DNA of 63,959 nucleotides, the filler included, from Choristocarpus tenellus KU-1152 (Eukaryota > Protista > Phaeophyceae): assembly GCA_964200185.2 (NCBI GenBank). It is 10 parts of 10 records of this genome, joined end to end, with 100 filler letters (N's around TTAATTAATTAA, not from the genome) between each part and the next. Parts side by side here need not be neighbours in the genome. Positions count along the whole stretch, not along the records: positions 1 to 4,745 come from CAXNAD020013234.1; positions 4,846 to 18,689 come from CAXNAD020001349.1; 8 more parts are not named here. One strand, written 5' to 3'. A model generated the notes under the pieces. It worked only from the letters and a program-made list of their open reading frames with translations. It had not been told where the DNA came from and made no database searches. Below, in pieces: positions 1 to 12,910 of this stretch. The stretch's first letter is position 1; every line of letters starts with the position of its first letter. The position numbers were made by a program, and so were the translations under genes.

Positions 1-932
1 GTCAGGGGACATTCATCATAGTCATGTCCTATCCCCCTGCACCTTGGGCATCTTCCATCTCTATCTTCATCTTCCCCCATTCTTGCAGAGGCACCTGCGC
101 GTCGTCCCCTGTCCAGGTTGGGGCAGTCATCTCTCACGTGGCTATCTCTGCCACACAAGTAACAGACTATGCGCCCCTTCCTGCGACCCTTTCTGCCTGA
201 AGATTTCTTTCCTGCACTAGCAATCAAAGCATGGCTACTAGCAGTCTTGCCCATGTTAATCGCCTGCAGGTCCTTGAATCTCGCCACCACCATTTTCTCC
301 ACATCCTGCACCGTATTGGATTTCCCGCAGTCTATGAAGCTCTTGACTTGGGAGTAATTTTCCCCTAGCTTGTTGAGTATAGTAACTACCTTCGTCTCTT
401 TTGTGATGACCTCGCCCATTGACTCCAGTCTCGTAGTTAGTCGCGACAGTTCTGTAAGACCTGGAGATGGGTCCTTCTTGTCATCAAAAGTCAAACGATC
501 AAGCTCCTGGCGTACACGCCTGGTCTCCTGACGGGTCTTTGGCATAAACACCGCATCAAGGGCGCGCCACCATTCGCTCGGAGACCCAGGTGAGATAAAT
601 ATATGCAGGGCTCGGTCTTGTAGCAATAACAGCATCAGTTGCCACACCTTCCTCGCCGGCTTAGTTGCCAGTTGGAGCTCCATGTTGCTGCCCATATCAG
701 GAACAGGTTCTGTTGGAGGTCGCTCCACATCTTCGTCTTCATCACTTTGCGAATTTAACGATTCGGTGTCCACTGCCCAGATGGGCCCCTCGCATATAAT
801 GTCAGGTCCGTGAAGAGCTGTCACACAGTCATGAACTCCGAGCGTGGCCTGAGCCCTCAAAGCAAAGGAGTGGAAGTCTTCGCCCAGCTTTCCGGCAAAC
901 GTGGGGAGTGATGCGATCTTGGTGGCATTCAT
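1..932 (-). mobile_element. Ty1/Copia LTR retrotransposon gag (frameshifted, runs off the window start)
   Basis: The minus strand reads MNATKIASLPTFAGKLGEDFHSFALRAQATLGVHDC. After a frameshift it reads ...SPSEWWRALDAVFMPKTRQETRRVRQELDRLTF...LTTRLESMGEVITKETKVVTILNKLGENYSQVK..., which resembles Retrotran_gag_2. Two CCHC knuckles follow: CYLCGRDSHVRDDC and CPRCRGIGHDYDEC. Confidence 0.85.
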
Positions 933-1182
933 GGCAGATACCTTATGTTGAACTATCCCACACTGGACCCACGGCTTTTATGGTGCTTTAATGAAGGACA
1001 AAGAACAGCTTGATGTAGATGAGCAACGTTAATATTACAGGGGGCTTGTGGTCTCGATTCGGCTGACTGCGAACGTGGGTAAGACCAGTGTTGATTGCCA
1101 TGAGGGGTTTGCAAGTCCACATGGATAATCAGAAAAGAATACTGCAATCAGACAAGAATATAATCACTGCACCATATATGAT

Positions 1183-2150
1183 ATGTGCAGACTTCAACTA
1201 AGATACACCGAAAACTTTATCTGTCACCCTGACCAAGGCAAAGAATGTGATAATAAACTCCTGACTGGGTTGCGTAATGTGTATGGGTATAATAAAACCA
1301 AGGCAACTGCATATCGACCTCAAGGCAATAGCATATGTGAACGAATTCACTCCATGATACAAGGTATGCTGGCCATGTACCCGAATATGGACCAATCTAA
1401 CTGTGCTTTATTACTGCCCTTTGCACAGCTAGCACACAATACAGTCTATAATACCACTGTTCAGAAAACTCCTTTATTTCTCATGTTTGGAAGAGCCCAA
1501 TTTTATCAATTGATCTTATTTTGGGGGTCCCGAGGCCACCCCCATAACGATACAAGAATACAATACGAGAACAGTGGAAAAATTACAGGTAGCTTACGAA
1601 CTTGCCCGGCGCAATATTTGTGAGATGGCACTGAAGGAACAAATCTCAGAATGCCTCCTACTATATGAACTCGGAGATAAAATGTGGCTTCACAAACCAC
1701 ATATATCAGCTGATGTACCGAACCCCATGCTATTGTCCCCATGAAGAGGATCTTATGAAGTGAAGGTACGTTTAATACCCTTTGTTTATCACATAAAACG
1801 CTTGGAAGACCAACGTGAAGTGACAGTTCATGTGGTCTTTAAGGAAGGAAAGACACTGAACGTGACATAGATGCCCTTAATCCACTCTTTTTAGGATGGG
1901 AATTACCCGAACCAAGTATTGATCAGGGGTCAAAGACACAGCCAACTATTGGGTCTTACAATGTATAGGGCATTGTTGACCATATAAGCGAGAAGTGTGT
2001 GAAGAAACGCCATTTACACTTATTATACCGGCTTCACCTTCAAGGATATTTCACTGGTCAGTGATGTATTGTACAAACCCGCTGAAATACCTGAATGTAC
2101 AGAGGTGATCGCAGCCTATAGGAAGAGAACGAGTTGGACCTCTCTAATGT
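1183..2150 (+). mobile_element. Degenerate Ty3/Gypsy integrase (core C-terminal half and downstream region)
   Basis: ORF 1183-1623 contains TAYRPQGNSICERIHSMIQGML...LLPFAQLAHNTVYNTTVQKTPLFLMFGR, the typical Gypsy integrase motif series. The downstream sequence is broken by stops and frameshifts. Confidence 0.85.
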
Positions 2151-3054
2151 AAAAGTCGTTGACCAAGCAACTTGTCAGAAAAGAAAGACTCCTGCAACAG
2201 CCGAATAACTTGAATTGCCGTCAACCGGACGCCCACCTACAAGCAACCAAGCCTCCTCTATTACGTGTGACATCCCTCCTTGTGGACCGGAAAGTGCGAT
2301 TTATGCCTCTATTCTAGTGGGTTGTCGGCCTGGTGAGTTGCCACCAAATTCGACAGATAAGGAAGGTATTTCTTTTTCACTACGAAGATAGCGGAAGCGA
2401 TACCAATAAATTCTTGAAGACCATACCATAGCTCAGTCCGGGTGGTATTTCTATCAGACAACTCGGGGCTAGTGGGGTAGAAAGATAGGTCTTATCCGGA
2501 GACACAAACACAGGTTGGTCCTATCTGTGAGAAGTATGCATATTATTCAAAATATTTCTCAACATATATTATTTTTTTTTCACAACATACAAACAAATGC
2601 GCATACAACAAATACTTGAAGTCTAATATTCTGGTTGTCCAAGCAAAGCACCTTGGAGGCAAGTTGTTGTACCAGAGGTGACAGTAAGATATGATGATTT
2701 TCCCATCACTCTTGACACTATCCCCACAACACTCCCCAATAGATGACTTGATGTACCAAAGGTGTGGTGATACTGAGCTTCATCCACTCAAATCCCCCGT
2801 GGCATGTAGGAGACAGGAAGGTCCATGCCATTTTTCTCACTGCACTTTCCACTTGTTAAAACAGTTTTTCTCTTGGACTAGAATGCGACCTAGGGCTGAT
2901 CACCACTAGTGCCCCACCTTTTCATTTTTTTTGTCCTGGGTTGATTCAACCAGGATATATATATTTTTCTCCCAAAGAAGGACCTGTCTTACATGAAGTG
3001 CTACCCTGCCACTTTTGTGATCGCGTTGGGTGGAATCCACACTGGGGGGGGGGG

Positions 3055-3419
3055 TGTCAGGGACAGGTCACCTTTTTGGGATCTCTCGACACTGATGAGA
3101 CTAATACGTGCAGTCATACACATTTGCGTGCGTCACCTTTTATCTTCGAGGCCAGGCCAAGTGATGTGGTGTGGGTCAGATGTACGACTGGCTCGCGGTA
3201 ACCCTGACATGAATGGTGGATTCAAACCAGCAAAGTCCGAGATTGTGTTTCTATTCTGATTGGTCACACTACCAATCACAGTGAAGATTGATCAACATGG
3301 CACTCTGAGACTGTCAGCATACACCCAGCATGCCTCAGTCTCATTTCTCACTTCCTTTCTGAACCTTATCTTTGGTGGTTCCCATCACTCCCCATCACAC
3401 AGAACCAGGCCCCTTAACA
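3055..3419 (+). mobile_element. 3' LTR of an LTR retrotransposon (probably Gypsy), preceded by a polypurine tract
   Basis: A G-run at 3044-3054 is followed immediately by TGTCAGGG...CCCTTAACA (TG...CA ends). The sequence is homologous along its length to 41875-42238. Confidence 0.7.
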
Positions 3420-3804
3420 ATTTTAACATTTACATATTGACCATTTGCACATTTGACGCTTGACGAATTACTCCTGTTGTCAAAATACAGTGTAAAATGT
3501 AAAATACAACTTTAAGCCACAAATCATCTCAGACACTCCAACACTAAATATGCAACGATGTGTTTGTATTCAAGTTTGAATTTTCATTTACTCTCTAAAA
3601 GAGTGAAGTAGAGAAAATAATATAGAATGATACAATTATAATTTTTCCCTCTGACATTTTTCAGATGTGTAGATGGGCGAGCGGTTGACAAACATTAGTA
3701 TAAATTTCGCAGAGAATGAGTTGTACCGACAATTATCTGTACATGTTCTTATCACAGGAGTGGTGTTAGTGATACGCGAAAAGCGAATACGGATCAACTT
3801 AATT

Positions 3805-4290
3805 TTTATTATGATGCTCTGTGACATTTTGCAGATGTGTGAGGGGGGAAACAAATGAATACTATACACATTGTCAGTATATAAGCCCTAAAGAAATAAA
3901 AGTCATAAATGTGAAATACCCTAATCCATTTGTTGCTTCACCACTATCTATGTTGTACTACTGCCTTCCTGTGTCTCCAATCTACCTATACCTGTGCCCC
4001 GGGGGGAGGACTTAGGGAGGCATCCCAAGAATTCATTAAACCCCTCCGTGCCCATCTCCCTGGTGATTCCAACTTAAAACGCATGAGAAGTCTAGACAGT
4101 GCAACTTGCGTGGTTACTGAGACAATTTGGTGTAGCCAGGATTTAACTACTTCTTTCCTGATATATCCTCCCCCTCCTCTCCCCCCTACAATGTGAGTAG
4201 CCAGCTCATCCCCGATATACAGAATAATACAAGGTCTCATTGGTTTCCCACACATCTATCTGCAAAATGTCAGAGGAATAATAATAAAAA
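3805..4290. mobile_element. CRE-like LINE 3' ends in head-to-head arrangement (long minus copy ~3805-4215, short plus copy ~4235-4290)
   Basis: The minus strand reads DELATHIVGGRGGGGYIRKEVVKSWLHQIVSVTTQVALSRLLMRFKLESPG, the C-terminus of the REL-type LINE ORF. Both outer ends carry variants of the CATCTGCAAAATGTCAGAG-(AAT)n terminus. Confidence 0.7.
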
Positions 4291-4745
4291 TATAAGGTTA
4301 CATGTTTAGAATGGGGTGTGATATTATTTATTATTATTATGCTTCCAACCTTTTTTACATGTATTACGAAAAAAACCCCTGTAATATCTTTCTATTTTGG
4401 TGTCATAAAACACCAGAACCAACTGCCGACTATTGTGTATGTAGTTACAATAGTACTAGCATTTCAGCCACATCAGGTTTGTACGCTGTTCTTTCCTATC
4501 AAATCACAATGTACGGTTTGTACAAAATTGTTCTTTCCTACTAAAGCACAATATAATATTTGTATACGATTGTCATTTTCTGTTAAATCATAAACTGTGG
4601 AAAGCACGTTTGTCTGTTATTATACCGCTATTGACGTATGCCATATACCGTTATACCGTGATAACGATTAAGGTTCCCAGTCAAGAATCCATGATTCCAC
4701 GGACAGACTTTTCTGTCTGAATGTCACACATGGAAGATCCACTTT

Positions 4746-4845
4746 NNNNNNNNNNNNNNNNNNNNNNNNNNNNNNNNNNNNNNNNNNNNTTAATTAATTA
4801 ANNNNNNNNNNNNNNNNNNNNNNNNNNNNNNNNNNNNNNNNNNNN
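4746..4845. other. Artificial 100-nt contig linker N44-TTAATTAATTAA-N44 (also at 18690-18789, 24207-24306, 28505-28604, 31492-31591, 36295-36394, 40844-40943, 49796-49895, 60938-61037)
   Basis: The identical structure occurs nine times, and TTAATTAATTAA puts a stop codon in all six frames. Confidence 0.97.
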
Positions 4846-5346
4846 TTTTGCCATTTAATCATCCCATTTATTCATGCTCGAAGGTGCCTCTGCAGGCTGC
4901 CCCCCCCCCCCCCTGATAGAATCAATAGGTGTATCATGTATTTTCATTTATCAAACAACAACAATAGATGTAGTGTGTATTTTCATATATAAAACAACAG
5001 ATATATCGTGTGTGTTCATTTATCAAATAATAGATGCATCATGTATTTCCATTTAATCCTTAGTATAGTAGTAGTACATAGGTTTTTTAAAAGTTAGGGT
5101 TAGGGTTAGATCAGCAATGGGATGAACAAAAGCCATTGAGTTGTCTACTGTCTGCATACACCCCACTCACTCACACTGCGTGTTAATTTTTTTTATTAAA
5201 AGAAAGAACTGAAATTTAATTGTTCTGAATGACCACCTCTTCTGAATGACCACCTCCTTCTCCTGTATACTGTCATTGCTATGTCATTTCCTTTCATTTC
5301 CGTACACTGCCTAAAATGGCACCATTGCAAATGGGGCATGGTACAG

Positions 5347-6476
5347 CTGGAGTTTGTACAAGATGGATCACAAGAGGGACAAGATTGGAGTGTTTGTGTC
5401 CATTGTGAGCACCAAGATACCCTTCAAGGTGTGCTGTGGTGGAGTGGGTAACATCTACTGGGCACACAGGACAGTGTATTGCGCCTGCGTTATCTAAGAA
5501 ATTTATTTTTATTACTTCTGTTATTATTATTGTTATTATTTTATTGTTATTGTTGCTATTATCATTGTCATTGTTATTGTTATTACTAGTGTTGTTGATC
5601 GTAGATCAGGTCATATCTCAATGGGTTCCTGAGATCTTCAATTTTTTTGCAATACTATCCTTCACGACATTGCAGATACTTCTTTCATAGAGCACTAACC
5701 CTAACCCTAACCCTAACCCCGACCCTGACCCTCTTACAGGGTACAGGTAAGGAGTACATAGGTGATGACATTGAGGAGATTAAGCGATCCGTGAAGCATG
5801 CCCTTCAACAATGCTGCCAGCAACTTAGGGTACACCTTGTGAAGAGAAATGCACTACGAGACCAGCGTGAGAGGAAGAAAGTCCTCACAAAGGTCAGCTG
5901 CCTTGAAAATAAATAAATATACATATATATGTATGTATATATATGTGTGTGTGTTCTGTGTGCAGTGGAGGCGTGTGTTCATTGATTTTTTTTAACTTTT
6001 CTGTTGATTTGTGAAGTACCAGTGATGCTTTTGGTTGGGCTGTTTGTTGTCTGGTAACTTAGGGTTAGGGTAATGGGTGGGAGAGAGTGCATGTGAGAAT
6101 AAAATGTACGGTGTTTGAAAATTTTTAAAGGAAGGAATGTTGACTACCGAGTGCTGGGAGACTTGCCTGTATAGTGTGAGGTGTAGTACCTGTTGTGATG
6201 GTCACATGTCATGACATGTCATGACGTTAGTTGATATTGTGTACAACCTGTTTTGTGTCTTGACCTCTGCCTGCCCTGTTGGGTTTTTTGTTTGAACTGT
6301 TCCTGACTACAAAAACAAACATACCTGGTGGTAGTACATTCCGGATGTGAGTCGATCTGTCTTTGGGATACTCACCGCCATGAGCAAGCGCAGTCTGGAG
6401 GAGGATGTACATGCCAGTGAAGAGGAGGATCTTCCCAAGAGAGCGAAGATATCTTCTGGAAAGGTAGAAGCGAAGG

Positions 6477-6513
<37 letters not shown>

Positions 6514-9500
6514 TATTATTATTACTATTACTATTACTACTGTTGTTGTCAACAAACCTCTTTGCAGTGCTATATCTTTTTCTGGATGTTAAAACTATAG
6601 GAATGATCTAAAATGGTAAGAGCACAAAAATAAGATAGGGTTGATTGCAACTATTAGGTGGTGTTAATGGTGTTAAGTCAGCGGGTGTTTATTTGAATGC
6701 TTGTCTTACTTGAAACGGAATACATTGCACTATTGATACTAATGTATTGATACTAATGTATTTGATACTGATGTATTTGATACTAATATACTTGATACTG
6801 ATGTATTTGATACTATTGTACTTGATACTGATGTATTTGATACTAATGTACTTGATACTGATGTATTTGATACTAATGTATTTGATACTAATGTATTTGA
6901 TACTAATGTACTCGATACTGGTGTATTTGATACTAATGTATTGATACTAATGTACTTGATACTAATGTACTTGATACTGATGTATTTGATACTAATGTAC
7001 TTGAGTAATAACTGTACCCCTAACATCACTGGCTTCAAATGCAAGCTCCTGGTCGAGTTTGCACTCCAACAAGAGTTTCAAGGCAAGACAAAATAGATCT
7101 TTATTTCAGTTGATACAGCATTACTACTTACATTACTACTTACCATACTATCTATATAAATACAAGAAGTACTGTTAGGACCATTTGACTCAGCTCTGCA
7201 TGAGTTGGATGTTGGGCAGTGCGATCACCTCTATCAAGTCCGCAGCCGAAAAACTATCAATGTGTGTGTGCCTAGAGCTACATACTATTGCATGCTCGAA
7301 TATTCTAATGGAGCAATTAATGTCTTTGTATCGGGAATATAGCCAGCCACAATGTTTACCCTCTCGGTAGCAAAGCCAATTTGTTCTGCATAAGATCTCT
7401 TTCCCTTTTCTGACCATCCATATAATGTTGTAACATTATTACTTACTCCCATCTCGTCATATTCAACTTGTGCTCTGCAGCAGATATTATTGTTATTATT
7501 ATTATTATTATTGCTATTATTGTCATTGTTATACTATTATTTGAGCAGTGTTTCGAATGAATATATGAATAAAGCACTAGTGTCAACACATAAAATAAGT
7601 ACTGCGAGTTGCTACCTTTTTTTTTATGTCAACACATAAAACACCTCCAGCACCTCTCTAACGCGCAAAATCTTTAGCTTAGGCAGTTGAAATATTGTCG
7701 TGATGTATGGTTTTTTTACTTTCCACACCTCAGGGGAACAGTTACATATAGACAGTTACATATAGCCATAGCTCTTCATCGTTCAACAAATTAATATATA
7801 TTTTTACCAATACGCACAACCAAGATTGATCTGGACAAGGGGTGTTTTGGACTGACTTGTCCCAGGTGTTTTTGTTGAAAAAAAGAGAAAGTTGTCTTGG
7901 GTGTTTTTGCTGGGTGAGAGGGATAATGAGTGTGAAGTGAGTACGATGGATGCATATTTTTCGTTTTGGATTTTTTTTTTCTTTCCTCAACCCCCCCAAG
8001 AAACTTCTGGTTGTCTATTTCTCTGCTTTCAATGAAAAAGAATCAAACTAATGTGTTTTGTAGTTGTAGTGGTACATGAATGGGTCACTCCGTAATGTCG
8101 TATTTGACCAAATGGGCACAGATGGTGTCCTTGACAAGAGATTTGACAAGAGATCTTACAAGGCAAGTAGAGACAAGTGTTACTACCCTCACCAAAAATA
8201 TTAGAAGCACAACCCTATAAATAGTGTAAGGCAAGAGTTATTTCGGAGTAAATGATCTTTGGTATTGTAAGGTGAATGGATGTTATATGGTCATTGGGTG
8301 TTACAAGGTCAATGGGTGTTATAAGATCAATGGATGTTATAAGGTCAATGGGTGGCCTTAAGGTCATGTAAGTTATGAGGTCAATGGGTGTTACGCAGCA
8401 AATGACTCTGAAAGGTATTTCCCAACAAGACATTTCCCAACAAACTCACCCTGATGTTGTCATGGATATCAGACATTGGAGGAGGCCAAGTATTGCTGAA
8501 CTTTCCAAGGCAACCCGAGAGAGTAGAGTGTCACGATATCCTTAGTCTTAAAAATGTTGCATACAATCACTATGTATACACAGTACTAACACATGTACAA
8601 GAAGGAATGCAGAGCTTACAGCATACAACTTTGACACACAAAAAGGAAACCGGAAACAATCTCATGCAGCACTCGGAAGATTGGTCTTAAGTCACCCTCT
8701 CTACAATCTAATTTCAAATTCCGATCTTTCTAACACGGATAGAAGGTTGGACCTTGTTTGTATCAGTTTCAAACTCACAACTGAGAAAAAGTCACTTCTC
8801 TTACAAGCGCTCTTTTTTTAACATTTTTTTTTAACATTGCCTGCCCTTCCTTGTCAGTCACTCCACCATGTTCAATGCTTCCACTTTGTCTAATACCCCA
8901 TGGTGTGTACAATGTGTTCCAATAGGATCGCATGATTTCATCCCTAGCCAAGAAAGAACTCACTGAGCAGGACCTCGTGTCTGGTCTGGTGCGTGCTGTG
9001 GAGAAGCATGACATGGAGGCGACACATGAGGAGAATAAAGCTGACACCAAGGGGGCTTCTCGGAAGGTGAAAAGGCTTTCCTATCCTTGACCATATATTG
9101 CATGAACCTGTGCATTGTAGGTGCACTTGTACTTGTGTGTGTTGGTGTCAGGTTTCTGGATGCGATTTAATGAGGTAGATGTAGGCAGATGGAATTCTTA
9201 TTCGAATGTTGTACAGATGCTTCCGTTTTTATGATTGGAAAACTCAAAGTGCTGAAGTTGATAGGTTTTTTTTTCTTCAATTGTAAAAAAAGAAAACTAC
9301 ATGAGAAGTTGAAGTTGATGTTGATTTTTGGACAGCCTCAAGGCCAATGTTGAGAGTGATGTGGGTATTCAAAAGATGTGGTATAGTGGCAAGTCATCAC
9401 CAAGACCTTCCTAACGTAACGTACTGCAGCCTAGTCCAGCCATAACATCAACATCAATTTTCTTTTGAATCAAACTATCACTTCATGCTTACCTTCTATA

Positions 9501-11906
9501 AAACATATAGTGTGAACTTTTTTGGATAGGTTGGTAGTTGGTAGTTAGTAGGTACTAGAGTCACCAAAAAAAATTATACCTTTTATGGAGTTGATGAGCT
9601 CAAACCTTTCAGATGATACTACGTGATTACAATTTATTTTACACTGGGTTGCTTAGTAGAGTATGCAAAGAAGAAATCTCGTGGTGTCCTTTGTGATAAA
9701 AGTGTTGATAAAAAAGTAAACCAAACTATAGAGAAGATTCAACTAAGGAATGTGTTCATGGGTGGTCAGTGGTCCCAGTAGAATTTGTCAACACTATATT
9801 CAAGATATTTGTGGCCCGTACTATAACATCAGTATAACTCGTACAACACATTTGTTTTTGGTGAGCATAGTTTTAGTTGCACTGGCTCTCAGTTATCTTG
9901 CAGCAGAGAATCTTAGGTTTCCTAATTGGATAACCTTCTATGTTAATCAATATGCAAATCTAGAGCACTCACGCACTCATCGTCGCCATGTAGCTAAATA
10001 AAAAAATATATTAATAAAATAGTAGAAAAATCACATGCATCCCTGGTGGTACTTACCATTAATAATCAATAGTAGGAAATTGACACCTGGGTGAAGCAGT
10101 TGGTATGTGGTGGGCTTGATAATGTCATTTGGAATCAATCCTCTTGTTGAGGTCCTTTAATTTAATTTGAGTTGGACATTCTTTCATCTTCCAATTCCCA
10201 GAACTTGGGTAGTTGTTACCATTCACTCAAATGTGAATGTTGAGTTGCTTGAACCGCACAATGAACTTTAGCACTACAGAGTGACAGTTACATGATCAGA
10301 GGTCCTGATTGGATGATGCTCAACAGTATGACAATGTCTTCAACAGTCTTCAAGCGTTACAGGGAAAATGGGTTCTGAGGGTTGTCATCAATACCATGGG
10401 ATACAGAGGAAATAGAGAGCAAGCATTTTCATGAACAAAGTAGAGAAAAAACTTTAGGAAACACTTCCATGTGTTAAGAGCTAAGGCTATGAAGAGCATT
10501 TGACCCCTTCTTGTCCTTGATGAGAGTTCTGGCTGGAAAAACAGGTGGGTTGAGATGATGGCCTTATTGAACCAGCGAGCAATAGAATAGTCACGCTTTC
10601 AAGAATTTTAACGAGGGTTTGCCTTAGAATCAGGGAAGTATATAGAATTGCGGCTGGTAAAATGGTATGTGAAAGAAACTGATGCCGGTTTGAAGTACGT
10701 AATATACAGTCATCAGGATCTCTCTCTCTCTATATATATATATATATGTTGGCGTTTTATAACTTGTATCTGGTTGACTAGAATCCTGGACTTGCCTCCA
10801 AAGTCAGCATGCTGCTGTTCTTTTGCTTTAATTTACTTTCCTACCAGAATATTTTGAAAGAACTACTTTGATCCTTAAAGACGAAATGAATACCTTCTAC
10901 TTTTATGTCTCCCTCATTGATTATGTAGAAATCCAGACATGAAGTATGCCTGTTGTGTTTTAAAGGGGGGTTGGGTAGTGCTGGACTTCCCCCTCCCTTT
11001 GGCTTAGTCTCAGTCAGTACTCAGCACCCACCAAAATGTATACACAGGCAGCTTAGGTACCCTGTGAACCAAGAACGAGAAACTATGAAGATAGGAATGC
11101 CACACTGCCCTGTTTGAGGATTAGACCTCTTGAGTGGACTGCTATCAGTAAAACAAACTCATCCACCTCTTACACCACTTGATGAGTGTTATTTGGAGAA
11201 ATTGACTTGATCAAAAAAGGCTGTTGGAGATTAATCAAATCTGAGTGACTAAGATGTGGATCATCATGCATTCAATTCTCAGAAGGGAATCAACCTGTGA
11301 TAAATATTGGATGGTGTCCCCAGTCTATTATTACAAAGACGCCTTTTTGTTCTTAAGCAACACCTCAATACTCAAAATACCCTTAACACATGGTTGTCGG
11401 AGATGTACAGTACAGTACAGTACAACATGCAGGTTGTTATGTCAGCATATCTTAATGCTACTCCTCCGACTACTCTTGAATTCATCAATTGTTGCTGGCA
11501 CTACCACATACTCATAAAATTTCACCTTTTTACAAGCAGTATGTATTCATGTGATCATCACAACCAAACACCTCACATCCATTCTACTCACTACTGGAGA
11601 CTGCACATACTGCAACTATCATGTTCCACGACTTTCAAGTTGGTTGATTGATGTGATCACTTCACACAACAATTGTACAATACTAGTATTGAGTAGTAGT
11701 ATCAAAAATTGTTATAATACTGTTTGTCGTTGCCTGCATACTTACTGTTCATCACTAACTCAATTCTTACCAATTCTTTGCTGCCTTCTGTATAGAACAT
11801 TGCGTTGGTCCCATCATTACACACTGGAGCCGACTTTGGAGCAACTTTGTTCAACTCTCCCACCTTCTCCTTGAAGATCCTTCAGTGTGCTATGCCTAGC
11901 ACGTAG
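5347..11906 (+). CDS. TOP6B: DNA topoisomerase VI subunit B, 3' part (exons 5347-5428, 5740-5892, 6335-6463, 8926-9066, 11796-11906); 5' exons not on this contig
   Basis: Phase-consistent GT-AG exons give WSLYKMDHKRDKIGVFVSIVSTKIPFK|GTGKEYIGDDIEEIKRSVKHALQQCCQQL...RERKKVLTK|YIPDVSRSVFGIL...|DRMISSLAKKELTEQDL...|NIALVP...FNSPTFSLKIL...*. This matches the plant-type Topo VIB transducer domain and C-terminus. Confidence 0.93.
5696..5731 (+). repeat. Short interstitial telomere-type (CCCTAA)n tract; similar (TTAGGG)2-3 tracts near 5094, 6059, 13864, 44561, 45232, 53493
   Basis: The sequence reads ctaaccctaaccctaaccctaaccccgaccctgaccc directly upstream of the acceptor at 5739. Confidence 0.8.
6480..6540 (+). 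repeat. (TTA/TAC)n microsatellite in a TOP6B intron
   Basis: Seen directly in the sequence. Confidence 0.9.
6733..7003 (+). repeat. 15-bp minisatellite (TGATACTRATGTAYT), about 18 units, intronic
   Basis: Direct tandem units. It produces the spurious (YLILM)n and (SNTLV)n ORFs in the ORF track. Confidence 0.92.
8270..8395 (+). repeat. Degenerate 18-bp tandem repeat (AAGGTCAATGGRTGTTAT), about 7 units
   Basis: Seen directly in the sequence. Confidence 0.75.
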
Positions 11907-12910
11907 CAGCAATCCCCTCTGATCAAGATGGCAACCCATCCAATTTACCCCTAATTACTTTGTTGTATTACATAGTTTGAACTGACTGACAATTGTGTAG
12001 TATGTTACAACAAGTTGGTTGTTGCCTTGTTGACGTAGTAGGTGAGAGAACAGATATCCCCCCACAAATGACGATCAATTTAAAACATAAAACGGATTGG
12101 ACATGTGCAATTAATTAATTACACAATTTTTAAGTATATATATTTTTTGTTGGGTACAACTATAGTCACACATTCACAGTGGAGTGACCATGTCTGCACC
12201 AGGCAAACAAGACTTTTTCTTACTGACTTTACTTCAAAACAGTTCTGAAAGGACATGAATGTAAACATGGCACGGCACATTAAGCACACATAAGGCACCA
12301 TACAAACAACATAAAAGAACAATACATGCTGAGATACAACATCACAAATTGACAATCAGACTCAATAACTAAAATCTCGTCAACACATCATCCACCAACC
12401 TCGCGCACCTTCCAGCTATTATTGCATCATTATGATAAACTCTCCTTTCGTACCTAACCCTACCCGGAGGACCAGCATACCTTTTCCCTCCCCAATACCT
12501 CAAATCAAATCTGCTCTGTCAAACCTATGAATATGAATTGAGATCACTTCATTAAACAACCATCCGTGCAAAATCCCAATGAAAATGCAATGACTGCAGG
12601 GATGTAGTTTACACCCCATGGTTGCAGCAAGTTTCATTTGAGAGAGAGGCCCCTCTTCAAGTTTCTTAACCAGCATTGCATACCTGCAGGCATTTAACCC
12701 CCCCCATAATCCCATTTCAAATCGATACACAAAACTAAGTGCTAATCACACGTGCTCTTCACATTAAAACAAGCAATCCATCCACATCTGAGAAAAGAAT
12801 GCTGCTACCTCCTTACAAAGCACAGGTCTTCACTCTCCACACCCAGCAAACAAAAGTCAATCTAGGTGACACAAACGTTACTCAAAGTCAATAAAAATAA
12901 AAGTGGAAAG

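Noticed and set aside
960-978. Copia primer-binding-site-like GCCGTGGGTCCAGT on the minus strand
   Set aside because: The resemblance is only partial and no LTR boundary could be defined.
4790-4801. TTAATTAATTAA as a biological motif
   Set aside because: It is always centred in N-runs and is an assembly linker.
5436-5690. Hydrophobic transmembrane-like ORFs (also 6307-6555, 27490-27894)
   Set aside because: They are translations of (TTA/TTG/GCA)n microsatellites.
6733-7044. ORFs 6747-6944 (YLILM)n and 6739-7044; also considered as a CRISPR-like array
   Set aside because: This is a contiguous 15-bp tandem repeat without unique spacers, inside an intron.
10050-10640. Possible decayed retroelement in a TOP6B intron
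   Set aside because: No motif could be read with confidence.
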